DNA of 64,000 nucleotides, taken from positions 620,001 to 684,000 of the forward strand of contig QPGO01000010.1 of assembly GCA_008632985.1 (NCBI GenBank), in the 5' to 3' direction. Positions 1 through 10,879 of this stretch are shown here, one piece after another (position 1 is the stretch's first letter; each line of letters starts with the position of its first letter). A program made the position numbers and the translations under genes. The notes beneath the pieces were generated by a model. It worked only from the letters and a program-made list of their open reading frames with translations, was not told where the DNA came from and ran no database searches. Origin of the DNA: Psammoneis japonica (taxonomy: Eukaryota).

Positions 1-2050
1 AAACTCTTCCATGCCAGCTGCAGCTCCATCATGCCAACCAATGCCCGACTCTGCACCATGCCCTGGGGCCCTGCCAACACTGACGCCTCCTCAGACAATG
101 TGATCAGTGCTGCCAGCCACACCGGGGCCAATGCTTCCACCTGCATGGGAGCCTGCTGCATCCTCCACTGCTGATGCCTTGGCCCACACCGTTCCCCGTT
201 GCCTGGACTTACGCCATCACCAATCTGGGCAATGAGCCTCTCACTGACGCAACGACACAAGACAGCAAGGGAGATTGGTCACAAACCCCGTCCGTGGTGA
301 TTCAAATGGGGACGGAAAGTTGGATCCAACCAAAACGTGGGTGCACGAGGCCTGTGGAACCACCAATGAGGGTGTGTCACCTCCTCTGCCAATGCTGCCA
401 TCCAATGCTTCCACCTCCACTGGATCCAACTGCGTCCAATGCTTCCACCTCCATTTGAGCCGGCTGTGTCCTCCACACCATTGCCGACACTGCAACTCTG
501 GGTCTCACACGATGGCACCGCACACTCTAGATCCTGCAATGCCTCCTTCACCACCTCCAGCACCCTCAAAGCAGCTGTCTCTCCGCCAGCATTTCCACCC
601 AAAAGCCACCATTGATGCCTCAACCCACACCATTCCCAACACAAACAACGGCCACTGCATCATCAACCTCCCACCCGTCTCCAAGCCCGCACCTCTGCCT
701 GTGCCACCATCCACCCCTCCACAATGCCAATGCCAACTCCAACTCCAGGACACACCTGACAAGCCCCCCCTGCCATTCAGCATCCCACACCCCTGCCTGC
801 TCCAGGTCCTGCAATGCCTCCTTCGACACCACCAACAACATCGCCGTTTTCAGCCTCCACTCCAACAAACGACTGGCACTCGAATCTCGAATCCCAACTT
901 GCCCCCCACTCTCTGCCCTGCAGAGAGTCCACAGAAATGCCAACACATTGTGAACAGGATTCTAGAGATTCCAAGCAAGCCATGTGCAATGCGACCACTC
1001 TGCGACAACATGGCATGCATGTCAATCTCATCCACGTGTCATGAACAATCAAGAGCCGCTCGACAAAAATCATGTGGAGCTGTCTTTGTTCCACTGAACA
1101 ACACAACAAACTCAAAATTGCGAGCGCTGTTTCCAAAATTCCAGACATCGCCAAAGATGCATCACAAAGCATCTGTTGGCTCAACCCGGGAAAAACCGTG
1201 TGAAGCAAATGCGCACCACATGCATCGGATCTTTTCGCTGCAAAGGCATTGATGCAAGAGGGCACTGCACCAGCCAAATGAACAATGGGCAAGTGCCAGA
1301 TGCTCATGCAACCCTGGAAACCTTCAAAGCACGAATGTTCCAAATCGGCACAGCACACTTGACACAGACAACCAAACAGAAAAGATGAAATGACTTCAAG
1401 ACAACGCCATGCCTCGAGTGCAACAAAGCGCAAGACACACAGTGTGTTGAATGATTGACACATTTTGAGAGTGGAGTGCTTGAGTTCTTCTTGTTCTGCC
1501 ATGGGGTTGCAATTGGCTTGCTTCTGCTCTCTCTCTCTCTCTCTTCTGAAGAATCAGACATCCACACCGGCATCTGTTTGAGCGCTGCTGTCCTCTCTTG
1601 TCTCCTTGTCCTCGCGATCAAGCACACACCCGAACTCAGAAAATTGAGCAGCAATGGCAGGACACATGCAAGGATCTGCAGGAAAAGACACACAGATTGA
1701 AATGATGGTGAGACAATGATTCCCCAAACACAGCAGATGCGCACCACATGGCTTTTCCAATGTGCGGAACGAGTGACTTGCACTTTTGAAAGGAGAACAC
1801 TCGAGTGCTTCCAACTCGTCTTCACCCCAAGGATCGGATGGGATCGCTCATCTTTTGCACAGGTGGTTTCGTTGACAAGGAGGCAATGCTGTGGAGGACC
1901 GCACCGCCGCTTTGAACATCGTGTTGACGGAAAATGCAGAAAAATGCTTTCGATCAGCCAAACGCAGGGCATCACAGTTGGACACGTCACAATTTCAGTA
2001 CAAATCATCGTGCAAAGCTACATACACAAATTCACGTAGAAAATCAAATT
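1..2050 (+). pseudogene. Degenerate 5' part of a secreted repeat-domain protein (Pro/Thr/Ser linker plus Ig-like repeat), lying in a TpA-depleted block
   Basis: Fragments in different frames read WTYAITNLGNEPL...GDSNGDGKLDPTKTWVHEA (200-350). These match the intact repeat FDYTVTNGGNVPL...GDTNNDGKLDLDEVWRYAE at 2110-2260, with Y->H. Frameshifts and stops are present. Confidence 0.6.
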
Positions 2051-2051
2051 T

Positions 2052-3050
2052 TTGTACCACGCCACCAAAACTGGAAAATCATGGCAATCGCACCAGGGGA
2101 GACAGTTGGTGTTTGATTACACTGTCACGAACGGAGGCAACGTTCCCCTCTCCAATGTTCAAGTGTATGATAGTACGCTCAATAAATTTCTGACGCTGGA
2201 ACAAGGAGACACAAACAATGACGGAAAGCTTGACCTTGACGAAGTTTGGCGATACGCAGAAAGCGGCACCGCAGGTACTGGTAGGTATGAAACCACCGCT
2301 ACCGTTACAGCAGAGTACACGGAAAACGGCTTGGATCTTGATGCTGACGATTCGGACATGACATCGTATAGCAATGTGGCCGTAGGTTGCAGTGTAAGAT
2401 TCTGGAAGAAGAACACTGACCAGTGGGACCCGTACAATCCAAACGAGTTGTTCAGGAACGTGGTTGGCATCAAGGCCTATGGAAGGAAATCACTGCAAAA
2501 GGTGTTGACACAAGGAGGCACTACCAGGCGTGGTCTCGGGAAGCAGACAGTGGCTGCTCTTTTGAATGCGGAGAAAGGCAATTACCCATTAGAGAAGAAT
2601 GAGATAATTGATGCCTTTGTTGACGCGTTCAGCAGCCGAAACGAGCAAAACTATGCTTCACTGAGAGACACCTTAAAGGCTTTCAACAACAATGGAGAAT
2701 GCCCGTTGGATCCCAATCCGCCGCCGCCACGTCCTACTCCTCGGCCTGGTCCCCGTTCGACTCCTCGGCCCGGTCCCCCACCTCATCCCCGACGTCCTCC
2801 CCGGCCGTCATCCCGACCTCGGGGAAATGGCAATTTGTCCTGGAGGAGACGACTGCAAGAGACCTTGCCGGACGACCGAGTCCTTGAACCCGGTCGCCCT
2901 GGGAGAATCAACGGTAAAGGAGGCAAAGGTGCAACAAGGGACGCCTTGACGGATGGTACGGGTACTGCTGCACGAGGTGGGCAACGTAAGCTTCGACGAC
3001 CTTCACGAAGATTCCGCGACAAAAGGGGATATGTTGAATGGAATGCGTAG
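2052..3050 (+). CDS. Intact C-terminal part of a secreted/cell-surface protein (DUF11/DUF7507-like Ig repeat, helical domain, Pro/Arg tail)
   Basis: Open frame containing the YTVTNxGNVPL...GDxNxDGxLD...ExW motif, with normal Tyr content. An apparent +1 frameshift near 2108 joins MAIAPGETV to VFDY. Confidence 0.65.
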   Translation: MYHATKTGKSWQSHQGRQLVFDYTVTNGGNVPLSNVQVYDSTLNKFLTLEQGDTNNDGKLDLDEVWRYAESGTAGTGRYETTATVTAEYTENGLDLDADDSDMTSYSNVAVGCSVRFWKKNTDQWDPYNPNELFRNVVGIKAYGRKSLQKVLTQGGTTRRGLGKQTVAALLNAEKGNYPLEKNEIIDAFVDAFSSRNEQNYASLRDTLKAFNNNGECPLDPNPPPPRPTPRPGPRSTPRPGPPPHPRRPPRPSSRPRGNGNLSWRRRLQETLPDDRVLEPGRPGRINGKGGKGATRDALTDGTGTAARGGQRKLRRPSRRFRDKRGYVEWNA

Positions 3051-3605
3051 GTTGAAAACTGCGCGATGTATAGGGGATGAGAAACGTCCCGAAGCTGTTG
3101 TGTCTCATGACAAACCTTCTGGAATATTCCATACAAGTTCAGACAACGAGCTTCACAATATTCGTTACTGCATTTACCTGGCAGTTTGGATACAGCGACC
3201 CTTCTGACAGATAACAGTTAGTGTTTGGGTCTCGGCTGTTGCTGGTACTGTACGCTACGAATGTTTGTTACATTTTCGTGTTTGAACTTTTCTATAGAAT
3301 TTGAAAATACATTTTCATCTCGCATGTAAGATTCAATTGTAGCAGGGGCTCTTGCTGCTTTCAGAAGGACGAGAGAAGCTTGTCTTGAGCTGATCGTCGC
3401 ATGATGCTGCATACTGTATTACTCGAGCATGACCATACGGTATCCCATGGCCCATGGGACAAGTACAAATCAAAACACACACACAACACCAACAACACAA
3501 CCTCGTGAAAACGGTTGTACATTGAATCATTGAATGACCTGCGTTGCGTCGTTGAGCTCCTCGTCAAAGCTCGACGCATTCTTCCTCTCTAATGTTGGGA
3601 AAAAT

Positions 3606-3847
3606 CAACGCATCCAACGCTTCTACCGTAAATGTTCATTGATTGATATTTGTATGTTCACTTTCTCATCGTGGCCCAGCAATTCGCAATTGTGGCCCAC
3701 TCTCAACGCATTCTTCTTAATTGTTGGGCAACAATTCAACGCATCCAACGCATCCAACGCTTTTACTGTAACTATACTCATTGAGTAATGTTTTGTATGT
3801 TCATTTTCTCATTGCGGCCCAGCAATTCTCAATCGCGGCCCAGTCTC
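3606..3847. repeat. Imperfect local tandem duplication, period about 140 bp
   Basis: tgtatgttcactttctcatcgtggcccagcaattc (3651) versus tgtatgttcattttctcattgcggcccagcaattc (3794). aacgcatccaacgc is also repeated. Confidence 0.7.
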
Positions 3848-3879
3848 TGCTCTCAGAGCTCTTGTTCCTGTGAACTCCG

Positions 3880-4010
3880 GACCGCTTGGAAGTTGGGTAG
3901 CAGTACAGCGACGGCAGTAGACGCATTGCCCAACGACAGAAAAATAGAATTGGAAAAAAGCGGCTTCGTTTGGGATGTTTTCGAAAATCTGTGGGAGAAA
4001 CAATGAACTG
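3880..4010 (+). pseudogene. Helicase-associated (HA) domain fragment
   Basis: PLGSWVAVQRRQ* followed in another frame by LPNDRKIELEKSGFVWDVFENLWE. This is the typical HA-repeat signature, broken by a stop and a frameshift. Confidence 0.55.
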
Positions 4011-4243
4011 TACCGTACATCCGGGCTACTTTTTGCTTTTTGCCCGCCTTTTTTCGCGTCATCCGCTCCGCTCACCATGGCGCGATAGATGGACCGGCAG
4101 CCATCGCAGCAAATCATTCCACCCTTCAACCTCAGGGACATTACATTGCAGCTGATATCCTTGTCTCGTACAAAAGTAGTATTTTGCATCTTGAATACAG
4201 ATACCGGTAGTGACCTGGACAAAAGGAACACTACCATATCAAT

Positions 4244-4891
4244 ATGAAATCCTTGCGAATTGGATTTGTTCTTTTCTACTGCATGGCTTTTGCATCATGC
4301 TTTTCTCCACATCCCCTCCTTACAAAAGTAGTTAGGAGTGAAAGGTATATCCCTCACGAACGCATAACAATAGAAATCAGATTGTCAAGGATGGATGAAA
4401 GCGTGCCACCGCCAGAGCAAAAGAGTTCGTCACACATCGCCTTTCAGGGAGCCGGCGAGCCTCGCCCAGACCTCGAACCAGAAGAAATACCTTCCCTCTT
4501 GATGAAATCGCTAGAGCTTAACGATTTTCCTACCACCGATGCTGGCCTTAAATCCATGTGGGCGTTTGCTGGAGACACGACACGTCATATCTTTCAACAG
4601 AACTTGACAGACTTTATTGAATCGGCACACGAGACTGCCGATCTACTACCAACTTCCTTCTATGGCGCCGCCATGTGTGGAAACTCGTGGGTCATGGAGA
4701 CTGAATTAAACCGTGTGGGAGGAAAAGACGGGTGGATTGCAACTCAAGTCATGAAAACAATATCTTCGGATGGAAGGCTTCGGCGGTGGCAATGGGAACT
4801 ACGAAAGAACCGACGTCCGCCCAACCTGAATTGCTGGTTTATCGAGAGCATCGGTTCATCCGACCGCAAAGGAAAATTTGAACCTGAATAA
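4244..4891 (+). CDS. Conserved hypothetical protein, probably plastid-targeted
   Basis: 215-aa ORF with a hydrophobic signal peptide ending ASC-F (ASAFAP-like) and a globular Trp-rich C-terminus. Confidence 0.7.
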   Translation: MKSLRIGFVLFYCMAFASCFSPHPLLTKVVRSERYIPHERITIEIRLSRMDESVPPPEQKSSSHIAFQGAGEPRPDLEPEEIPSLLMKSLELNDFPTTDAGLKSMWAFAGDTTRHIFQQNLTDFIESAHETADLLPTSFYGAAMCGNSWVMETELNRVGGKDGWIATQVMKTISSDGRLRRWQWELRKNRRPPNLNCWFIESIGSSDRKGKFEPE

Positions 4892-5005
4892 TAGAGATGA
4901 AACTGGGTTGGAAGGTAGTTAAGCTCGTGACAGAACACAAGACTTCTACTTCAATATTGTTTGAGCCGACGCATTTTTATCACTAGTATCAACAAAAAAT
5001 AGATA

Positions 5006-5428
5006 TTAACCATCGTCGGCTTCCATAACGTCTTCTTCACCCCCTTCTTCGTCAGCATATCCTTCCTCTAGTGCAATCTTCTCCATCCGTATCCTATCCT
5101 CCTTGACCTCTGGCAGCATATCTTCGAGTTCTTCCAGCACAACAGAGCACTGATCGTGAAGCGTTTGACATGCCTCCTTGAGCGCCTCGACAGCCGTCGT
5201 TTTACCATCACATGTTTGCACACGAATTTGAACAACTGGTTCAGATGGATGAGGTACAGAATATCCGGCGAACCCAACCTTTTTGTCTTGCATCAACACG
5301 TGTCTCAGCGAATTACCAAGCGTATGGTCCTCATCTCCTAAACAAAACGTTCGACTTCCTACAGGACCAGTCCCTCGTACCTCAAAGGCTACCGGTGCTT
5401 GCTGAACTTTGACTTCATTGACGCTCAT
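5006..5428 (-). CDS. POLR1D: RNA polymerase I/III shared subunit AC19 (RPB11/RpoL family)
   Basis: Motifs TFCLGDEDHTLGNSLR, FAGYSVPHPSE and IRVQT. The true start is taken as MSVNEV (ATG at 5428). Confidence 0.9.
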   Translation of the reverse strand: MSVNEVKVQQAPVAFEVRGTGPVGSRTFCLGDEDHTLGNSLRHVLMQDKKVGFAGYSVPHPSEPVVQIRVQTCDGKTTAVEALKEACQTLHDQCSVVLEELEDMLPEVKEDRIRMEKIALEEGYADEEGGEEDVMEADDG

Positions 5429-5659
5429 TGTGGCAAACAGCAGACAGCGGCAAATTAAATAGTGGTCGTGAACGAAATGCGAAGGTGAAAGTCTCTCCTG
5501 CCTGTCTGCCTGCTCGCTCGCCTGTGAAGCAACAGCATTCTTGGTCGGCAGAGTGGATTTGGAGAGTTTTGTGCTGTTTTTGTAAAAATCCCTGTTTTGA
5601 CGAAAAAACGCAACAAAGCGCGCCACAGCCAGCCCACCTCATGGGCGGTGGTTAGTTGG

Positions 5660-7720
5660 GGGCAGGGTGGGTGCTGCTGGCTGGTGTCCGTCCACAGGCA
5701 GGTGAGATGCAGGTGGCAGCTGTCAGAGCAATGGTGGCAGCTGGCAGCAGCTGCTCTGCCCTTGCTGTGTGCTGGGGCACTGCCAGCGGCTGCTGTGCTT
5801 TTGCTGCTCATCCCGCTCTCTCTTTTGCTTTTTTTTGTGAAAAGAAACAATGTGCACCGCAACACTGATCTGGGAGAGAGCTCTCCAAAAGAGAAGCTGC
5901 AGCAGCAAAAGGGAAAAGAGAAAAATGTCTGGCATTGCTGTGCAAGCCCAGAGGCAAGGTGGCCACAGCACCCTCAGCCATTCTTGCAGCACTGGGAAGT
6001 CTTGGCAAGAGAAGAAACTCTCAGTGCCACAAAAAAGTTCTCTTGGGTGCAAGCACACACAAAAGCAAGGGAAGCAGCTGGGGCTCTGCTTTGAGCAGCT
6101 TCTTGGCATTTCCAGCCACACAGGTTGTGCCTTGAAAGAGCTGCCTCTGGTTTTTTCTTTTGCACCAATCATGGCATCAGGAAAGAACAAAAAAAAGCTT
6201 TCACCAGATGCAAAAACCAGCATGATCTGGAAAAGACGAGCACAGCATGACATCCATGTGAAAATGCTGTTGCTGCTGAAGAGCACTTTCTGTTGCATCA
6301 TTTGCAAACTGAAACTTGTGCCTCATTTCTTGGATCTCATGTTTTGAGCAATGTTCGCCACACCTGGCCATTGATGACATGTGTGCCAGCTTGCTGGGAT
6401 CTCCAGTGGCTGTGCCATTGTGGTGCGTGCATGGCTCAAAAGTGTGCTTGAGACAACAGTGGCAAAAAAGCAGTGGTGAGAGCTGTGCACATTGGCAAGA
6501 CCTCTGTTGCTGAATGAGAAAAAAGTTTCTGCCTTCTTGCACAGAGTGAAGCAAGGCATCATCACACAAATCTGGGATGTTGCTCAAGCTCTTGCTTTGC
6601 TTTGCACAGCACAAAGCCTGATGTGCTTGTCTGCAGGCTTCTTCTTTCTCACATTTCCCATGAGAAATTTTGTTGTTGCAACAAAGCAAAAAGCAGCGGC
6701 TCCAAAAAGAAAAGAACATGCTGCCCACACCATTGTGCCCTGCTTTGTAGGAGCATGGCGGGCAGGGCCTGTCGTGCTTGTCTGTGTGCTGCTTGACTGT
6801 CACACACACACACTCAAAGCTGAGCAGAGCCACTCTTTTGTCTCCATGACAAGCTGATGCAGTTGGCTTTTTGACATGCAGCAGACACCAGCACATTTTA
6901 CAAAACACTCCAGTGCATGGCCAAGGCTGTTTTCATGTTGTTCTTAAAAAAAAAAACAATTTTCAACCAAAACACTGAAGGATCACAGCCTCTTTGGCAA
7001 CCTGCCTCTGCACTTTCAACTTCTCAGTCCTGAGGATCTCATCATTGGTTTGAGCACAGGGAGGACTTCATGGCAGTGTGAGCACCTGTCTGCAGTTCTC
7101 ACAGAACAAGGGCGGCAGAGGCAGGCTGCTTCTCACCCTTGCAACTCATTGATTGCAAGGGTGCCACATTTTTGCAGCAAATGCAGAGAGACACTCACTT
7201 GCACAACTTGCAACAATGCGATGATCCTGCATGCTGCCTGTGTTGCTTGCAGAGACAATGCACACTGTGTTGTCTGTTCTTGCACTCAGCATGTTTTGCA
7301 ACTCGCATCCAGTCTTTTGGCCAGTGCTCCAGTGTGGTTCGCAAAAAATTTTGCAACAGCAAAGATTGCAGCAGTTGCAATGTCCCACTCTGCAGTGCAG
7401 GTTGTGCTCTTTTGTGCTGACTGCTTGTGCATTGACAGCAGCAGCTGTGCTTTCTGTGACATGTCATTTTGTGCTGTGATGTCAAGCTCGTGCACATTGA
7501 TGTGACAAATGTCCAGCTGCTCACTGCCAGATTTGCATTGGCACTTTCAAATGTTTTCTTGTTGGGAAGACTCCCACTGCAAACGATGCATTGCAGTGCT
7601 GTTTAAATTGCAGCATGCAATGACTGCGACATGGTGAAGAAACCGGCAAAACATGACTGCAGTGGCTCGTGTTAAAACTGTGGCATTGTCTGTGACTGGA
7701 TTTTGCCGTGTGCAATGACA
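5660..7720. other. TpA-depleted, CpA/TpG-rich hypermutated block of decayed repeats
   Basis: Only a handful of TA dinucleotides in about 2 kb, mostly TTAA. Many overlapping Cys/His/Gln-rich spurious ORFs. Confidence 0.85.
6200..6430 (+). mobile_element. Possible PIF/Harbinger transposase N-terminal remnant
   Basis: Weak resemblance of DIHVKMLL..STF..SPHLAIDDMCASLLGSPV to Harbinger N-termini after reverting H/C to Y. Heavily decayed. Confidence 0.25.
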
Positions 7721-8008
7721 TGTCATTACATCATACTTTTTCCAAAGGGATGGATCGCGAAGAGAACCCAAATGTCGCCGCATTTTTTAAACTTTTTGAG
7801 TTTGAAAGGTCTTGCTGTATCGGGGTTGACGATTCTTTTCCCTGGCGTGTTCGGTGTACAGTACGAGTAGCATTCAATCGGTGTAACGCGGGCCTTCTCT
7901 TGACAGATGAGACGGGTCTCATTGGGAGAGACAGCTTGTCTCTTGACAACGAAGATAGAAACATGCAATAGAGCGATATTCCATACACGTCTGACTGAAT
8001 TTTATAAT

Positions 8009-10471
8009 TTAGCTTTGCCCCATTGACGTCACCGTGGGCGGCAGTATGTCTCGTAAACCGCGATCGAAGCTCATAGGGTGTTCAAAGAGAAACGTACCGG
8101 CGACTAGGATATCTGCGCCGTGTTTAAGAGCTTGTGGGGCGGTAGAGGCATTGATCCCTCCATCAACCAGCAGCTTCAGATCGGATTCACCATGCGACTG
8201 GATTCGTTCTTGTCTCCAATCTTTCAACTTTCTGAGTTTGAGAAGAGCCGATTTCTGAAACTTCTGGCCACCAAAACCTGGTTCGACGGCAAGAACATCC
8301 ACCAAATCGACAAATCCTGTCGCCAACAGTGGATAGATGTCTTCGACGTTTGTGCTCGGGTTGATGGACACACCGCATTTCATACCCGACTCCACAACTT
8401 CTTGAGCTAAGCCACATGCTCGATCAACCTGGGTCCTAGACTCGTCACTAGGGCTTTGCATTGCCTCCCACTGAAAAATGAAACGATCAGCACCGGCTTC
8501 GGCCATAGGTTGAACGAAGCGAGCTGGTTCGTGAACGCAAATATGAATATCTAGATTCGCTGCATTCTCATTCGCCGTGAAAGCGTCGCAGCTTTTTCGA
8601 ATGGCTTGTACCATCCGAGGTCCAAAGGTAAAGGCATGGGGTGAGTCTAGAAAGACACCGTCAAAGACATCAATGTGCAAGTGCGTCGCTCCAGCCAATA
8701 CGCATCGTCTTACTTCTGAACGGATGTCTGACCAGTCACACGCCAAGAGAGAAGGTGAAACAATAGGATTCGTATTCGAAGATGCGTCTGTGGTCCTTGC
8801 AGTTTCTCCTCCACGAATAGCTGACATGGTATGCACAACAGAGCGTACTGACGGGCTGACGTTGCTGTACACTTTATCAAAAAGTGTCGTATATGTGCTC
8901 GCCACTCTTTGATCAGGCTCTATTCTTTTGGCAGTTCGAACCATAGCGTTCACTGCGTCATCAACAGATTTGTGTATTCCAGCTCCAACACTTGCTAAGA
9001 TTGCACATCCTAACAGAGGAGCGTCGGCGTTTTCACATACAACGACTGGCAATCCTGTCACGTCGGCGTGCATCTGCAACCAAAGTGGTGAACGTGTTGC
9101 CCCGCCGGCAATGACAATCTCATCACAAACATGGCCTGCGCCAGAGAGGCCCTGGACACATGCTCTAGTTCCATAGCAGACAGCTTCCATTAACGCACGC
9201 CAAATATGGGCTCTGGTGTGCGACAGCGTCAATCCAATCAACGCTCCACGAGCCAAAGGATCAGTGACGGGAGTACGCGATCCTTGATATGTTTCAAGAG
9301 CCACTAGTCCATCGCATCCAGGAGAAATTTTTTCAGCTTCCTCATCCAACGCTCTGTAGTCCATGTCTTTGCCAAACAAGTTCTTTGCCCACCGAATGAT
9401 AGAGCCGGTCGACGACTGACCTCCCTCCGCAAAGTTGATCCCGGGCAGGGGAGCTCCTCGGTAGGCTCCCCACGTCCCTGGTGCAGTTGTCGGCTTTGCA
9501 GTCACCACACAATGCAAATGTGAAGATCCCGTTATTAGGCAAAGCTGTCCCGGATGAATGCAACCCAATCCAATCATTCCGACAAATGCATCAGGGCCTC
9601 CTTGAGCAACGGGCAATCCCTCTTGCAAATTCAAATGTTGTGCAGCCTCGGGAGTTAGTCTTCCAACGAGAGTGCCCATTGCCAAACAGTTTTGAGGCAG
9701 CTTTTCTGTCAGATCGGGAATACCCAGCTGCTTGTACATGGACATGGGTCTCCCAGGAAATCTATTGTCAGGTGATGGGTCAGTCAAGCACTCTTGTCCA
9801 TTCCAGTGCCATCGAACGGCAGCATTGCAAGAGCTGGCGCACATAACCCCCGTTAGTCTGTAGTTGATGTAATCCTGGTATTCACAAATTGTTTTAGCAG
9901 CATTCCATATATCCGGTTCGTTCTGTTTCACCCATAATGACTTGGGTGTCATCCATTCGGCCGACAGCGGCCCCTCTCCTCCACAGTTTATCGAGAGAGC
10001 GTCGTTTCCTCTACATGTCTTTAGAATTTCTTCAGTTTGTGGAGCCGACCTCGCATCCATCCACAAGAGAGCGTTTCGAAGTGGCTCGTTGTTATCATCT
10101 AGTACAACCACAGAACAGCAAGTGGTGTCTACACAAATGGCGCAAATATCATAGTCGTTTTCGTTCGGAATCGACTTGACTGCGTTTCTAACAGCTTTAC
10201 CAAGGTTGTCATACCACTCGGCTGGATCTTGCTCTGCCCAACCAGGATGAGGATGATAGGTAGTGTATGGAACGGCACATGACTCTCCTACAACTTTTCC
10301 GTTGGCCGCATCAAAACAGCATGCTCGAATCGACTCTGTCCCTCCGTCAACGCCAATGACTAGCTTTTGCCGCGTTGAAGTCGTTTGTGGTGAAGAGGAA
10401 CAACATGACACGAGAAACGACAAGAAAAGCGTTGCCAGTAGAAAGACTGCTTTACAGATAAGCTTCTGCAT
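8009..10471 (-). CDS. FGGY carbohydrate kinase (ribulo/xylulokinase-like) fused to ribulose-phosphate 3-epimerase
   Basis: FGGY motifs IGVDGGTESIR, PGWAEQDP, WMDARS, GGPDA and GGATRSPLWLQ. These are followed by RPE motifs SPSLLACD, HIDVFDG, LDIH, VEPGFGGQKF, VDGGIN and VAGT. N-terminal signal peptide from the ATG at 10471. Confidence 0.9.
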   Translation of the reverse strand: MQKLICKAVFLLATLFLSFLVSCCSSSPQTTSTRQKLVIGVDGGTESIRACCFDAANGKVVGESCAVPYTTYHPHPGWAEQDPAEWYDNLGKAVRNAVKSIPNENDYDICAICVDTTCCSVVVLDDNNEPLRNALLWMDARSAPQTEEILKTCRGNDALSINCGGEGPLSAEWMTPKSLWVKQNEPDIWNAAKTICEYQDYINYRLTGVMCASSCNAAVRWHWNGQECLTDPSPDNRFPGRPMSMYKQLGIPDLTEKLPQNCLAMGTLVGRLTPEAAQHLNLQEGLPVAQGGPDAFVGMIGLGCIHPGQLCLITGSSHLHCVVTAKPTTAPGTWGAYRGAPLPGINFAEGGQSSTGSIIRWAKNLFGKDMDYRALDEEAEKISPGCDGLVALETYQGSRTPVTDPLARGALIGLTLSHTRAHIWRALMEAVCYGTRACVQGLSGAGHVCDEIVIAGGATRSPLWLQMHADVTGLPVVVCENADAPLLGCAILASVGAGIHKSVDDAVNAMVRTAKRIEPDQRVASTYTTLFDKVYSNVSPSVRSVVHTMSAIRGGETARTTDASSNTNPIVSPSLLACDWSDIRSEVRRCVLAGATHLHIDVFDGVFLDSPHAFTFGPRMVQAIRKSCDAFTANENAANLDIHICVHEPARFVQPMAEAGADRFIFQWEAMQSPSDESRTQVDRACGLAQEVVESGMKCGVSINPSTNVEDIYPLLATGFVDLVDVLAVEPGFGGQKFQKSALLKLRKLKDWRQERIQSHGESDLKLLVDGGINASTAPQALKHGADILVAGTFLFEHPMSFDRGLRDILPPTVTSMGQS

Positions 10472-10879
10472 ACTTTTGGTGAACAATCTGTCTCGACCTT
10501 GGTTGAACGATAGTGCGAGACGACTTCACACTTCACACGCCATGAGCAAATGAGAAACGAAACGTCACCCTCATTTTTTGTTGGCGGGAATTTTGGCGCT
10601 AGCGGATGATGAGCAGACGGTGCTTGTGCTCGAGGAGCGAGCGAGGAGGGGAATGAATTTTCAAAGTTCCAAATTCCAACCTCAGGCGTTTGAAAATCCT
10701 TTTCAGGCTGATTTTGAAATCGTTCGGCGTAGCTTTCTACGTGCTTCTACTACGTAAGTGTCTGTTGGGATTTTTGGCGTGTCGCCCGTCTCCGCTTCGT
10801 CGTGCTCACAACTGCAACTCTTGTCGCGAGAGAACGCCAGTCACGAAGCTCTTTCTTCCTTATCCCTTTTCTTTCCAAC

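Noticed and set aside
5660..7720. Alternative genetic code or foreign/viral insert as the explanation for TA-poor DNA
   Set aside because: The blocks contain frameshifted remnants of unrelated TEs and host genes, have graded edges, and differ from unmutated internal copies by directed substitutions.
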